Origin: Saprolegnia diclina VS20
Lineage: Eukaryota
Reading direction: 5' to 3'
DNA: 20,000 nucleotides
Assembly (NCBI RefSeq): GCF_000281045.1
Contig: NW_008246070.1
Span: forward strand, 198,328-218,327
Position numbers and translations under genes: made by a program. The notes beneath the pieces were generated by a model, which made no database searches, had not been told where the DNA came from, and saw only the letters and a program-made list of their open reading frames with translations. This document shows positions 1 through 11,716 of the stretch, piece after piece. Numbering within the stretch: the stretch's first letter is position 1; every line of letters begins with the position of its first letter.

Positions 1-566
1 CGAGCCGTTGGCGTGCCATCATACGCAGTAATGAATGGTCTGCGCGATGCACGTGATCGATGATAGGCCATACCAGTCAAGCCCTGCTATCACCACGCCC
101 ACTGGACCAAAGGTCTGCATGTGCGCATCGAAGTATTTTCTTGTTCGGTGCATTAGCTACGCACTTGAAGCCGAGGCAGCCACGCAGATCTGTGAGATGG
201 AGATGGTGGTATGCACGCCACGCGCCGTCGCCAGCGAGTGCCCCCATCAGCGACAAGTGATCTTTGGCTGGCGTCAAACTTGCATATCAGATATCACCGT
301 GCCTGACCAAGGGCGAACGTGGTCCACTCGTGGCGAGTCTTTGGCCGACCGAAGATTGCCAACGGAAGAGGAGCGGTCTGTCATCCCCACAGCGTGCATG
401 CTCCGTGGCACTAAACATAAAGCTGTTGGCGCATGGGATGAGCTCGCTATTCTCGTCTGCTCGCGTATCGTAGATCTTCTAGCGCACGTGGGTGCTGTCG
501 CTGGGTGCACTCGCTGGGTGGGAATCTTGGCGGCCGACTTGGCCTTTCCAGGGAAACTTCGAACGA

Positions 567-650
567 CCAATCCGCGCCCGCGACGGCGTTTCCTGGCGTT
601 TGATTGGTCACTGTCTCCGGCTCTATCACAAGCATCCTCATTTCGCAATC
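567..650 (+). promoter_or_regulatory. Putative core promoter of the MATE gene: CCAAT boxes plus oomycete-type Inr/FPR-like element
   Basis: CCAAT at 567-571, ATTGG at 603-607, and TCATTTCGCAAT at 638-649 just upstream of ATG 653. The last resembles the oomycete Inr+FPR consensus (about TCAYTYNNCAWTT). Confidence 0.55.
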
Positions 651-652
651 CG

Positions 653-2320
653 ATGGCCGGGCATCAAGCAGTTGTGCGCAAGGAGGAGAAGCTCCCGCTG
701 GTGAAGGACCACTCGGACCACACGCTCTGCCTCCACGCCAAGGAGGAGACGCTGCCCGATGCGCGCGAGGAGTGGTGGCACCTCGTCACGCTCGCCGGGC
801 CCGTGGTACGTTCCCGCATCCGAGTCCGTCCGTGCTCACCATGCCATGTAGATCTTTACGCTGCTCATGGAGTACATCCCGAGCTCGACCAACATCGTGC
901 TTGTGGGCCAAATGCAGTCGGAGCTCACAAAGGAGTACGTGGACGCGGCCGCCATCTCGGGCATGGTACGCCTGTCTCGACGCATCGCGAGTGCTCATGA
1001 CGAATGCTAGTACCTTACGATCACGTCGCTCTCGGCGGGCCTGGGCATGTCGACGGCCATGGACACTCTCTGTAACCAAGCGGCGGGCGCGGGCCACACG
1101 TACAAGTTTGGCATCTACCTCCAAAGCGCGCTCCTCGGCCTCAGCATCGTGTTTGTGCCAGTCTTCCTCCTTAACTGGTTCTGCGGCGACATCCTCGTGC
1201 TGCTCGGCCAAGACGCGTCCATCTCGCACATGGCTGGCGTCTTTACGCGCTGGACGATCCCTGGCCTGCCGTTCCTCTTCGTCTACGAGATCCTCAAGAA
1301 GATGATCCAAGCCCATGACATTGTCATGCCGATGCTCGTCATGACGTTCCTCAGCAACGTCATCCACGTCGGCCTTGGCTACTACTTTGTGCACCACACG
1401 AGCCTCGGGTTCTACGGCGCGTCGATGGCGCGGACCGTCGCGTACGTCGCGCTCCTCCTCATGATGGTGCCGTACTTTGCCATCAACCCGCTCTACCGCG
1501 AGTGGGAGCTGCGCTGGAGCTACGCCGACGCGCGCGCGCACCTCTGGCAGTTCTTCAAGTTTGGTCTCCCGGGCCTCTTCATGCTCGTCTTTGAGTACGG
1601 CGCGTTTGAGATTCTCACCTTGCTCTCGGGGCTCATGCCCAACGCCGTCGTCACGATCGGTGTCAACTCGGTATTTTTTTCTATCAATCTATCAATCTTT
1701 CAAGGGAACTGATATCGTGCTACCTTGCTAGATCATGACCAACACGATCGCGCTCATCTACATGATCTACTTTGGTATTGCGACGTCGGCCAACATCCGC
1801 GTCGGCAACATGCTTGGCGGAAACAAGCCGCACCACGCCGAGCTCATCATGAAGATGGCGTACTCGCTCTGCCTCTGTTGCACGCTTTTGACGGGCGCGC
1901 TCATCTTCTTCTCGCGCAGCATTTTGCCCCAAGTCTTTATCAACGACCCCGAAGTCATTGCGTAGGCGCTGGTATCTCTATGAGCGAAGGACGCAATGAT
2001 TTGTGCGTAGGCGCGCGACCACCGCCCTCGTGTTTGTGATCCCGTTGCACATGAGCGACGCAATGAACGCCGTCTCGCAGGGCGTGCTCCAGTCGATGGG
2101 CCAGCAGCACATCGCGACGATCACGAATGGCTGCGCGTACTACATGGTGGGCATCCCCACCGCGTGCGTCCTCGGCTTCTACTTGGACTGGAGCATCGAA
2201 GGGCTCTGGGCCGGCTTTACCTTTGGGTCCCTGGCCGCCTGCACCGTCTACTACTTTGTTCTGCGCCGCGTCGACTGGTCCAAGATGGCGCACGACGCCG
2301 TCTTGCGCACGGAAGAGTAG
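653..2320 (+). CDS. MATE-family (multidrug and toxic compound extrusion) transporter, 5 exons
   Basis: ATG 653; GT-AG introns 806-851, 966-1010, 1671-1731 and 1962-2010 join the ORF fragments in frame; stop TAG 2318-2320. MATE-like segments GLGMSTAMDTLCNQAAGA, GLPGLFMLVFEYGAFE, IRVGNMLG, QGVLQSMGQQ, YYMVGIP and GLWAG; many hydrophobic helices. Confidence 0.93.
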
Positions 2321-2423
2321 ATGCTCGTCAACACTAAGCTTCAACGCAATAAGAAGTTACTTGAAGGTAACCGGATGGGCCAATCGGACGCCGCGGGCGC
2401 GATCTTTGGGAAAGGGCGCACGC

Positions 2424-4596
2424 ATGGCGGCAGTCCAGGCGCACGAGTTCGAGCTCGACCTCTCGGCCGTGCGCGCCCGCAACACGGTCTTGTCGCGGAC
2501 GTATGGACGGCAAGTGCTCTTGAACAAGGCGGCACATGACCGAGAGGGCCCGGCTAGCGCGCGACGAAGCAGCCCGCCGACGCGGCCACTGAACCGGGCG
2601 GTGCAGACCGCGCGCGCCGCGCCGCTGTCGCCCCGGCGCGGCTGTCCAACCATCGAATCCATCTTGCTACAGCGGCAGCTGCCCGAGGCAGCGCCTCCAG
2701 CGACGCCATCGCCAGCGACCTTTGTCGACTCGCTCGAGGTTGCGCTGCAGGCCATGGATGCGCAGTCGGTGCAGCGGCGCATAGTCGCGAGCCCGTCGCG
2801 CGCGCTTCTCGTACCAGCACGCAAAAAGGTTGGCGGCGAGCGGACCACCGACGCGATTACAGCGTGGTTTCAACGACAAGAGTACTACCTGCGCAAGCGG
2901 CGCGTGGCCGAGAGCGACCGGGCCACGTACCTCGCGACCCCGTCGCTCGCCATCAAGTCGATCAGCATCGAGATGCTCAAAACGCTGCAGGCCAACGACG
3001 ACGCGCTGCAGCTCGAAGGTGCAAATCGCGCACGTTGCCGACAGCGACCATGTCTTTCTAGGACGCCTCTTGGCGCAAAAGCTCGACGGGCTCCGACGCA
3101 AACTGCAGAGCACCGCGCAGACCATTGGCGCGCTCCGTCGACGGGGCGCGCCGCTCTCCGATGTCGACGCGTGTCGAGAAGCCATCGAAGCCATGGAAGG
3201 CACGCTCGCTGCGTTTCGGTCCAACCAGCATGGCCAGTTTGACGACCTCGTCGTCCACGAAGGCCAGCTCCAGCACAATGTACATCCTCCAACTTCGTTC
3301 ACTGGGATGAATTCGCATCCTTAGCTGCTCCGCTTTGAGTCCAAGCTCGAGGGATGGTCCAACGAGCGCCCAATCGACCGCCCGACAACGGGCAAGGCGC
3401 CGCGACCCGCCGTAGCGTCCGCGGCCATTGACGTCGACACACTCCAGGACATTGAGCGCGTGCGTATGCTCGATGATCTCTTGCACGAGACGGGCGATGC
3501 GTGCGGCGGCTGGGCGTACGACGACCACGCGCACTTTGTCGCGCTGCTGCACGCGTCGGGGCTCACAGACGCAGACGACCTCGTCGCGTACTTTGCAACC
3601 ACCACAAGCATCGACGAGCCAACCGGCGACGACGACGACTCGGTGGCCGACGAGATTGCGCACCTCGACCAACGCGCGGCGATTGCTGGCAAATTGGGTC
3701 TCTTCAAGACCAAGTGCCACGCCAAGCTGCCGTTCAAGTCCACGAGCGCAGTGCAGACGCACCTCGAGTGGTACGCGCAGCACCTCTCGCTGCTGCAGGC
3801 CAAGAAGAAGACGATTGCGACGTGGCGAGAGCGCAAGAAGAGTCTCGAGCGACGCCAAGCGACCGCTTCGAGCCACAACAACGAGCGCCCCGTGGCGCGG
3901 TCGTCGCGCACTGTGACCGAGCTTGCGGCGCGTCAGCGGAAGAAGACGCTCATCCTCGAGTGGAAGGCGGCGAAAGCGCGGCAGTCGCAGCGCCTCGAGC
4001 CAGAGACGCTCACTGCACAGGCGTCCGTGGCGACGCTCGTACTTTCATGGACATGTAGCATGCAAGCTAATGCAACACGAATTAGAAACGCATCGAGATC
4101 AAGCAAAAGGTCGCGCTCTACAAGCTCGAGAAGGAGGAGGAGCAGATGCGGCAAGCGAGCCTCTCGGAGCTCATGAAGCCCCTGGCCCGCGCTCCTTCCA
4201 AGGTCCATGCGCCGACAATGCAACTCGCTAAAGATCTCCTAGGAGCAACTCATGACGTCGGCCGAGCGGGCTGTCCACGCCGCCAAAGTCCGCCTGGAGA
4301 AGGTGCTCGCCAACGCTGCTGCAACGCGCCAGGCAGCAGAGCTACCAGTGCGACCAAAATCGTCTCGGCAGTTGGTCGCCAGCGCGAGCTCGGACGTGCT
4401 CAAACCGACCGCCGCGTCGGCGGCGCGGGCAATGACGCCGGACGAGGTCGAGCAGCAGAGCGCAGCGCGGACGGCGCGGGTCGCCCATCGCGGCTACATA
4501 CCCGGGGCAGATGGCGCTGCGCACGTCAAAGGCCGGAGCTTCGGCCACGTACCCAGCCAGCCCCGGGCCACGCCCGAGTGGCGCAAGCGTCTCTAA
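2424..4596 (+). CDS. CCDC112: CCDC112-like coiled-coil protein, 5 exons
   Basis: ATG 2424; introns 3019-3061, 3280-3324, 4039-4085 and 4203-4242 give a continuous frame to TAA 4594-4596. GGWAYDDHAHF, VQTHLEWYAQHLSLLQAKKKTIATWR, VLKPT and terminal RATPEWR match CCDC112 blocks as I recall them (GGWDDYDH, HEKWY..KK.I..W, RAIPTWR). Confidence 0.75.
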
Positions 4597-4747
4597 CTCA
4601 ACGTGAACTTGTTTTTGAGTTCCGCGACTTCGTTTTGAGAATTGCGATGTTTTGAATTTTGTTCGAAGGACCTGTGAAACATGATATTAAGTCTCGTAGG
4701 CTCGAGTGGTAGAACCAGCATTGCAGCAGGTTGAGCAGGTCGAGCGC

Positions 4748-7214
4748 ATGAGCCAGCGATTCCCGATGCCCCGGTGGTACGACCGAGACGCGCCATGGAC
4801 GGAGCTTAAGCTGCATGTAGGGCTGGCGCCCCGACACATGCCAACGTCAAGGGCCACATTGAGGTCGTCAAGGATGGCGCCGTGCTGGACAAGGTCGCCA
4901 TCGGCCAGCAAGCCTGCACCGTCTTTGGCCGCAATAGCGACGTCTGCGATGTTGAGCTCGCGCACGAGACGATCTCGCGGCAGCATGCTGCTATCGTGCA
5001 CACAAAGACGGGCTCGATCGAGATCATGGACCTCGGCTCTGCCCAAGGCACGACCGTGGACGGCGAGCCTCTCCATGGGGACGAGCGGCGGGTCTTGACC
5101 AACGGCAGCGAAGTCCGCTTTGGTAAAAGCTCGCGCGTGTACATTGTACGCGGTCTGCACGCCAAGGACGAAGCCCCGGTGCCGTTGCCGGTGGTGGCCG
5201 ACGAGATCGCGTCGCTGCCGACAGGATTTGCCAAGCAAGGGACGACAAAGCAGCTCAGCCAGAAGGAGCTCGAGCGCAAGCAGCGCGAGGAAGAGATCCT
5301 CAAGATGACGATGGATATGATGGCGTCGGCGCCGCAATTCACGAGCGTCGCCGTCGACGAGCCCGCACCAACCGAGGAGGTGGACGAAACCAACAGCGAT
5401 GACGAGGACGATCACGCCGACGACAACGAGGGCGAGCATAGCGACAAGAAGAAGCCGGCATCGTCGTCGCTCTACGACTCGGGCCCCGAGTCCGACTCGG
5501 ACGACGACGACAACGAGGGCCAGGACGACGTCGCGCAGCGCTACAACATCCCAATCACCAATGAGGTCGTGCTCTCGGCGCACGCCAAGACCGTCTCGTG
5601 CATCGCTGTCGACGCCTCCGGTGGCCGCGTCGCGACAGGCTCGATGGACTACCACATGAAGCTCTGGGACTTTGCCGGCATGGCGCGCCACGTCCGGCCC
5701 TTCCGCGACTCGGAGGTCGAAGATGGCCACCCGCTCATGGCGCTGAGTTACAGCCCGACCGGCGATCGCGTACGACGTTCTACCTCTTCCTGTCGTCCTC
5801 AACGACTCCTTCCTACGTAGGTCCTCGCGGTCACGGGCTCGGCGCAGCCCAAGGTGTTTTCGCGCGAAGGCGTCTTTGAGCTTCAGTTTACAAAAGGCGA
5901 CCCGTACCTGTTGGACATGGTGCACACGAAGGGCCACACGGCGTCGTGCTCGGGCGGCAGCTGGCACCCGCTGCTCAAGGACACGATGATCACGTCCGGT
6001 CTCGACGGCGCCGTGCGCGTCTGGAAGCTCAACGGCAAAACGTCGTTCGACAAGCTCCTCAACGACGCGGTGCTTAAACTCAAGTCGCGCCAAGGCAAGC
6101 GCACCGAAGTCACTGCCTGCGCCTACAGCATCGACGGCGGCTTGATTGCGGGTGCGACGACCGACGCGCTGGTGTACGCCTACGACTTGCGCCGGTCGCA
6201 CGCCGGCGCGGCGTGGAAGCTCGACGCGCACAAGCCGGGCAGCCCCGACCTTGGGATTTCGAGCATCCGTTTCTCGCCGGATGGCAAGATGCTCGCGACG
6301 CGGTCCGCAAGCGACGACTGCGTCAAGCTCTGGGACATGCGCAAGCCGTCGACACCGGTCAAGACGGTACGTCCATGTTCGTTGGCGCTCGACTCTACAT
6401 TGCTCTTGTAGTACCAAGGGATTGAGACTGTGTTCTCAATGGCGAACCTCGCCTTCAACGGCGTTGGGTCGGCGCTCGTCGTCGGCTCCGGCGTCCGTGC
6501 CGGGTCGGGCGACCGCGGCCAAGTGCACTTCCTCGACGTCTACACGGCGACCACGACGCCCTTGCGGTCGGTTCCGATGGCCGAGGACGAGAGCGCGGTC
6601 AGCGTCGCGTGGCATGCCGGCATCAACCAAGTACACTCTCAATGTCGCCCTCTCAAACTCAAGTCGCAACGTAGGTGTTTGTGGGCGGCACCTCGAGCAA
6701 CGTGCGTGTGCTGTACGACCCGGCGTTGAGCGCCAAGGGCGTCCTCTTGAGCGCGACCAAGAAGCTGCCGGTCGTCACTGCGGGCTTTGTGCGTCTCGAC
6801 TCGCTCAGTGAAGGCCGCGTCGTCAACCCGCACGCGCTGCCCATGTACCGCGAGACGTCGACGACGGTCACGAAGCGCAAGTACGCCAAGGTGCGCATGG
6901 ACCCGATCGCGTCGCAGATTCCCGAGCGGCCGCTCACGGGCGTTGGCGTCGCCGGGCGGACGGGCGGCAACACATTCACGCAGTTCTTCATGCGCGACCA
7001 CGTCAAGTCGGCGTCCATTCGCAGCGAAGACCCGCGCGAAGCGATCCTCAAGTATGCCAAGGCGGCGGCCGAGAACCCGACGTTCCTTGGCTCGGCGTAC
7101 GCCGACTCGCAGCCGCAGGACAAGCTCGACGCGCGCTACCAGCTCATGACGCAGACGCTCGAGGAAGAGAAGATTGCGAAAGAAGACGAGGCGCGCCGGC
7201 TCCTCGACATATAA
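4748..7214 (+). CDS. WDR70: WDR70 (GAD-1 homologue) WD40 protein with an N-terminal FHA domain, 5 exons
   Basis: ATG 4748; introns 4777-4820, 5770-5820, 6367-6411 and 6631-6674; TAA 7212-7214. FHA motifs FGRN, ISRQHA, DLGSAQGT and FGKSSRVY; acidic linker; WDR70 blocks IPITNEVVL..DYHMKLWDFAGM, KGDPYLLDMVHTKGH, NPHALPMY and EDPREAILKY. Confidence 0.88.
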
Positions 7215-7304
7215 GAACGATAAGACGAGGAGAAGAGGGTTGAAAACCTAACTTACAAATATACAAATCTATGCAGCCGTCGACGGTGCGAGAGACATGG
7301 GCTT

Positions 7305-8375
7305 TTACTCGTCGTCGCTGGCATCGTCGCTGGCGTCGTCGCTACCGGCGTCGTCGTCGCTGGCAGCCGCGGCGACCGGCTCGGGCTTGGCGGCTTCGGG
7401 CACGACCTTGGCCTTGCCGAGGAAGTGCGGCTTCAAGAGCTTGTTCATCGAGAACATGGTGACCGAGGGCTCGCCAAAGAGCGACGTGAGCAGCTCGTTG
7501 CAAACGATTTCCTGCTTGTTTTCGGGGTTCTGGAGCTCGTTCTCCTTGATGTACGCCCAGAGACGCTTGACGACCTGCGGGCGGCTCAGCACCGACTCGC
7601 CGAGGATCGCGCCGAGTTCCTTCGAGAGCTCGAGCGGCGCGTTGATGCCCGTGTTGGGCGCCGGCGCCGCACGCTTGGGCTTCTCGCCCTTTTCCTTGCC
7701 AGCGGCGGCCACCTTGCGCGCGGCCTTGACCGCTTTCTTGCGTTCCTTCTCGGCCGTCTTGGCCTCGTCCTCCTCGCTCGACTCGCCGTCGCGGATGATG
7801 TCGTCCCAGCCGTTGACGACTTCCGATTCCTTCTTGACGTGGCGCTTGAGGAACTTGTTCATGGAGAACATCGTGAACGAGTCGCGCTTGAAGACGCCCT
7901 TCAGCGTGTCGTCGAGCAAGATCGTGCGCTTGTCCGACGGGTCCTGGAGGCCGTGGTCGCGAATGTAGTCCCACATCTTCTTGACGAGCTGCGGGCGCGA
8001 CGACTTTTCCACGCCAAGCACCTGCGCGAGCTCGGGGCTCAAAACCATCTCGGACGCAAAGCCGCCACCGCCGCCACCGCCTTCCTTCTTGGGCGCACGC
8101 TTCTTGGGCGCAGCCTTGGCCTTGGTGACCTTGGCGCGCTTGGCCGGCGGCGCATCGTCCTCCGAGTCGTTCTCGTCGTCATCGTCGTCGTCGTCATTTT
8201 GCTCCTCAATAATCTTGGTGATCTGCGCGTTGATGAACGTCTTTTGCTCTTCCATGGACTCGCCGAACTGCGTCTCGAGCTGCTTGCGCACCATCTTGCG
8301 CGAGAGCGTCTCGAGGTCCGAGGACGCGAGGATCTTGCGGATCGCCTTGGCCAGGTCCGTCGTCTTGGTCTTCAT
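7305..8375 (-). CDS. DEK-C plus tandem SWIB/MDM2 domain protein (UAF30/Tri1/Spp27-like), intronless
   Basis: Single 356-aa ORF. N-terminal DEK-C-like segment IRKILASSDLETLSRKMVRKQLE; two SWIB repeats (LSPELAQVLG..SRPQLVKKMWDYIRDHGLQDP..FSMNK and LSKELGAILG..SRPQVVKRLWAYIKENELQNP..FSMNK). Confidence 0.9.
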   Translation of the reverse strand: MKTKTTDLAKAIRKILASSDLETLSRKMVRKQLETQFGESMEEQKTFINAQITKIIEEQNDDDDDDDENDSEDDAPPAKRAKVTKAKAAPKKRAPKKEGGGGGGGFASEMVLSPELAQVLGVEKSSRPQLVKKMWDYIRDHGLQDPSDKRTILLDDTLKGVFKRDSFTMFSMNKFLKRHVKKESEVVNGWDDIIRDGESSEEDEAKTAEKERKKAVKAARKVAAAGKEKGEKPKRAAPAPNTGINAPLELSKELGAILGESVLSRPQVVKRLWAYIKENELQNPENKQEIVCNELLTSLFGEPSVTMFSMNKLLKPHFLGKAKVVPEAAKPEPVAAAASDDDAGSDDASDDASDDE

Positions 8376-8459
8376 GCTGCGGCTGCCGAGGTGGAAATAG
8401 TAGTGTTTTTTTGGCCGCGGAAAAAAGCCTCCGACTGAGTGGCGGTAGGGTTACCCCGA

Positions 8460-8660
8460 GGTCCAATCGCAATGGTCCGCCTTCCCTTGCTGCCTGCGCC
8501 AATGAAAAAGGACCTTCGCATCGAGGTCGTTTCGCGCCTATTTATATATTCATATTCATATTAATATTCGCCCGAAGAGATTGAAATGGGTCGGATATTG
8601 GCTGTGTTTGCATTATAGCCAATCCCAAATGCAGAGAAGCCGAATACACGTTTTCATTGG
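8460..8660. promoter_or_regulatory. AT-rich divergent promoter region with clustered CCAAT boxes
   Basis: Lies between the head-to-head SWIB and phosphatase genes. CCAAT at 8463, 8499 and 8619; ATTGG at 8597 and 8656; AT-rich tract 8539-8568. Confidence 0.5.
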
Positions 8661-8960
8661 CGGATATTATGCTGATTTCTTCTCGGCCGACAGGACCGGC
8701 CTCGCGACCGACGCTCGTGAACGCTGGAGGAAGCGCAGGTGACCTTCAGAATGGCTCAAGGACACGGAGGCGGCGACGCTGTTTTAGTACAGTTAATCGT
8801 GTGACGGGAGAGACGACGATGCGGCGCCAAGTGGGTGGTGCAGACGTTGGCGGAGAAGACACGCAACCACCGAGCAGTTGCGTGCGCGTAGACTCCGGGA
8901 TTTCTCCGGAAAAAGCTGGATCCCAACTCAACGATCTTTGAGCAAGAACGACGAAGGAAG

Positions 8961-10425
8961 ATGGGCAAGACTTGGCGAGCGGTGCGACTGCTGCTGGTCG
9001 GGTGGGCGGTGCGCGTGGCGAGCGTCGAGACGCCGTCGCAAGTGCACTTGGCGATCGCCGGCGACGACTTTAGCGGCATGGCTTTTTCGTGGGTCACGCC
9101 AACGGCCAGCGCCTCGAGTGTCAAGTATGGGCGCGACGCAGCCGCGCTCGACGGCCGCGCCACGGCGACGACGCCCAGCGCACAATACACGTTTTGCAAC
9201 TACACGTCCGGCTACCTCCACCATGTGGTCGTGCCGACGCTGTCGCCGCGATCGACCTATTTCTGTACGCGCGCCACGGACCATGGGCGGAGCACAATCT
9301 CACCAATGTCGCCATAGATGTCGTCGGCAGTGACGAGTCGGGCTGGTCGGTGCCGACGGCCTTCAAGACGCCGCCGCGGCGTGGCGACCTCGCGGCGCCG
9401 CTATCGATCGCGATCCTCGGCGACCTCGGGCAAACCGAGGACTCGCGGCGCACGCTCGCGCACGTGCAGGCGCAGCCCGACCTCGACGCGATCTTCGTGG
9501 CAGGTACACTGCTACCACATGCCACGTTGCGCTGCGGCGTCGTTTGCCCTTGTCGCTACGTTCTCATCTACTTGAAATCTAGGTGACCTCTCGTACGCAG
9601 ACACGGTCCAGGAGCGATGGGATTCTTGGGGGCAGCTGGTTGCACCGTCGACAGCCACGACGCCATGGTAGGATTCTGCGGCTAACAGATGAGGCCTATC
9701 TGATGCGACAACGTACTAGGATGGTGGGACCTGGCAACCACGAAATTGAGCTCTCATGCTCGCTGCAGCCGTTCGTCGCGTACCAAGCGCGCTTCCGCAT
9801 GCCGGCCGCCGAGAGCGGCGCGCCACGCGGCAACCTGTTCTACGCGTTTGACCTCGGGATGCTGCACGTGATTGTGCTGACGCCGTACGTCCCGACGTTT
9901 CGCGGCTCTTCGCAGTACGCGTGGCTGCAGCGCGACTTGGGGCGCGTCGATCGGTCGCGCACGCCGTGGGTTCTCGTGCTTATGCACGCGCCGTGGTACA
10001 ACAGCAACACGGCGCACCAGAACCACCACGAGCCGCAGCACGTCATGAAGAAGGACATGGAGACGCTGCTTTACGAGGCCCGCGTCAACGCCGTCTTTGC
10101 GGGCCACGTCCACGCGTACGAGCGGTCGCGCCCCGTGTACAAGGACACTCCGCACCAGAGCGGGCCCGTTTACATTACCATTGGGGATGGAGGCAACCGC
10201 GAAGGCCTCGCCGAGACGTTCATCGAGCCCGCGCCAGTGTGGTCCGCGTACCGTGCGGCCAAGTACGCGTCCATATTTATCTGACGAGGCCGACCATATC
10301 TTACGATTAGATATGGGTACGGGCACCTCGACATCGCCAACGCTTCCCACGCGCGGTTTACGTGGCATGTCGGCGATGGTGTCGCCGACCACGTCTGGCT
10401 CGAGCACCACGTACAGCCTGTATGA
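8961..10425 (+). CDS. Purple acid phosphatase (calcineurin-like metallophosphoesterase with N-terminal FN3-like domain), 5 exons, probably secreted
   Basis: ATG 8961; introns 9265-9317, 9504-9582, 9668-9719 and 10263-10310; TGA 10423-10425. All five PAP metal-ligand motifs appear after splicing: GDLG, GDLSY, GNHE, VLMH and GHVH. Also PSQVHLA and YITIGDGGNREG; weak signal-peptide-like N-terminus. Confidence 0.93.
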
Positions 10426-11101
10426 GCTAGTACGATGCCACGAGTGTGAATAATATGTGGGTCGGGATCTGGATCTGAATGATGACGCACACCAGATAAG
10501 GACGACGATCATGCAGGACTGGCTCGATAGAGTGGAAGAGACGCGATCTGGGCCGGTGAGAGTAGGGCGATTTTGCGAGAGACACCAACTCTTTGTGGAC
10601 GCCGGCTGCGCCCACGTTGTTTCTGCCCCGCGCGCGCTGTCGCAGGCAATCTGGGTTTGCTACTCGTTGAAGCCTGGTTCTCGACCGCACCTTTGGCCCA
10701 GGGGTCGGCAACATCTGGAGCCACATGCAGCCATGTGGGCGAGTATTCTCGTGGTCTACCTCGCCTGATATATGCCTGGTCAAGACGACAAACGTTTAGT
10801 TTAGTGTTCTTCACAGTGCACGACGAGCGCCAAATTGCAGCAGCTGCGCGGAGTTACAATCGGCGGCCGTAGAAACACCTTGTGTGACGTGGCGAGGGTT
10901 GAAGCTTTCTTTCGTTTGGTAATACGCGCACCGTCCACCTCTTTAGCTCGAGTCGCACGGTGCTCGGCGCTGGATGTCGATCACATTAGACGCTCCGAGG
11001 CGGTGATTACGACAGCGCCGAGCTGGTTCGCGGACGCTCTCAAATCGTATGGTCGCCAATTTGGGGGCGCGGACGACGACCATATTGCAATTGCCCTTCG
11101 A

Positions 11102-11650
11102 ATGCTCACACCGGCAACGACACCGCGCGACGACCCGTCCAAGAAGCGGCGGCGGCCCGAGACGACATCGACGACGACCAACGCCGTGCCAGGCCAGGGC
11201 CCGTGGACCAACGACGAGCACGAGCGCTTCCTCCTCGGCATTCGCCTGTTTTCCGAAGGACCTTGGAAGGCGGTGGCCGAGTTTGTGCAGACGCGCAACG
11301 CCAAGCAGACGCAGACGCACATGCAAAAGTGCAAGGAGAAGATGCTGCGAAAGCTGCGGACGATGGACATCAACGTCGACGACGTCTCGGCCGAGTACGA
11401 CGCGTCCAAGGCCATGGGCACCATCAAGACGTTCAAGCAGCTGCACTACAAGCAGTGCGAGGACGCCAAGCTGCCGGACGTGCACCCAATTCCGTTCGAC
11501 CCGACAAAGACGCCGACGACCGACGACGCCATGGAGCTGCACGTCTTTGCGTCGATCGCGAGCATGATGAACTTCGACGAGTGTCTCGACTTCTTCCTCG
11601 ACGACATGGCCCCGACGCTCCTCGGCGACGACGACGACGATGCGTACTAG
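11102..11650 (+). CDS. Single-repeat Myb/SANT transcription factor, SHAQKY class (variant THMQKC)
   Basis: First in-frame ATG is 11102 (the track ORF starts at a TTG). NLS-like KKRRR; Myb repeat GPWTNDEHERFLLGIRLFSEGPWKAVAEFVQTRNAKQTQTHMQK; acidic tail. An Inr/FPR-like CCATATTGCAATTG lies at about 11080-11093. Confidence 0.88.
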   Translation: MLTPATTPRDDPSKKRRRPETTSTTTNAVPGQGPWTNDEHERFLLGIRLFSEGPWKAVAEFVQTRNAKQTQTHMQKCKEKMLRKLRTMDINVDDVSAEYDASKAMGTIKTFKQLHYKQCEDAKLPDVHPIPFDPTKTPTTDDAMELHVFASIASMMNFDECLDFFLDDMAPTLLGDDDDDAY

Positions 11651-11716
11651 CCCCGGACTTGTTTAATTTAATCCTCCTTTGCATGACTCGGTTGTCTCTT
11701 GCTCACGAGTACCAGC

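Noticed and set aside
35..652. 5' part of the 321-aa ORF 35..1000 and other ORFs in 1-650
   Set aside because: No recognisable motifs. Promoter-like elements at 567-650 and MATE similarity support a start at ATG 653.
4021..4085. Possible GC-AG intron in the CCDC112-like gene (CAG|GCGTCC)
   Set aside because: A canonical in-phase GT donor at 4039 gives a typical 47-nt intron.
5395..5530. GAC/TCG-rich tracts (also 7305-7360, 8160-8196, 11625-11642)
   Set aside because: They encode acidic low-complexity protein segments, not independent repeats or arrays.
4687..6417. 576-aa minus-strand ORF, and similar long antisense ORFs (7425..8438, 16424..17296, 17926..19017)
   Set aside because: Antisense shadows of GC3-rich real genes, with no domain motifs.
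8657..8941. 94-aa plus-strand ORF upstream of the phosphatase
   Set aside because: Non-ATG track start and no motifs; lies in the promoter/5' region.
10426..11101. ORFs between the phosphatase and Myb genes, including the N-terminal extension of ORF 10835..11650
   Set aside because: No coherent spliced model or domain. The extension begins at TTG, and an Inr-like motif sits just before ATG 11102.
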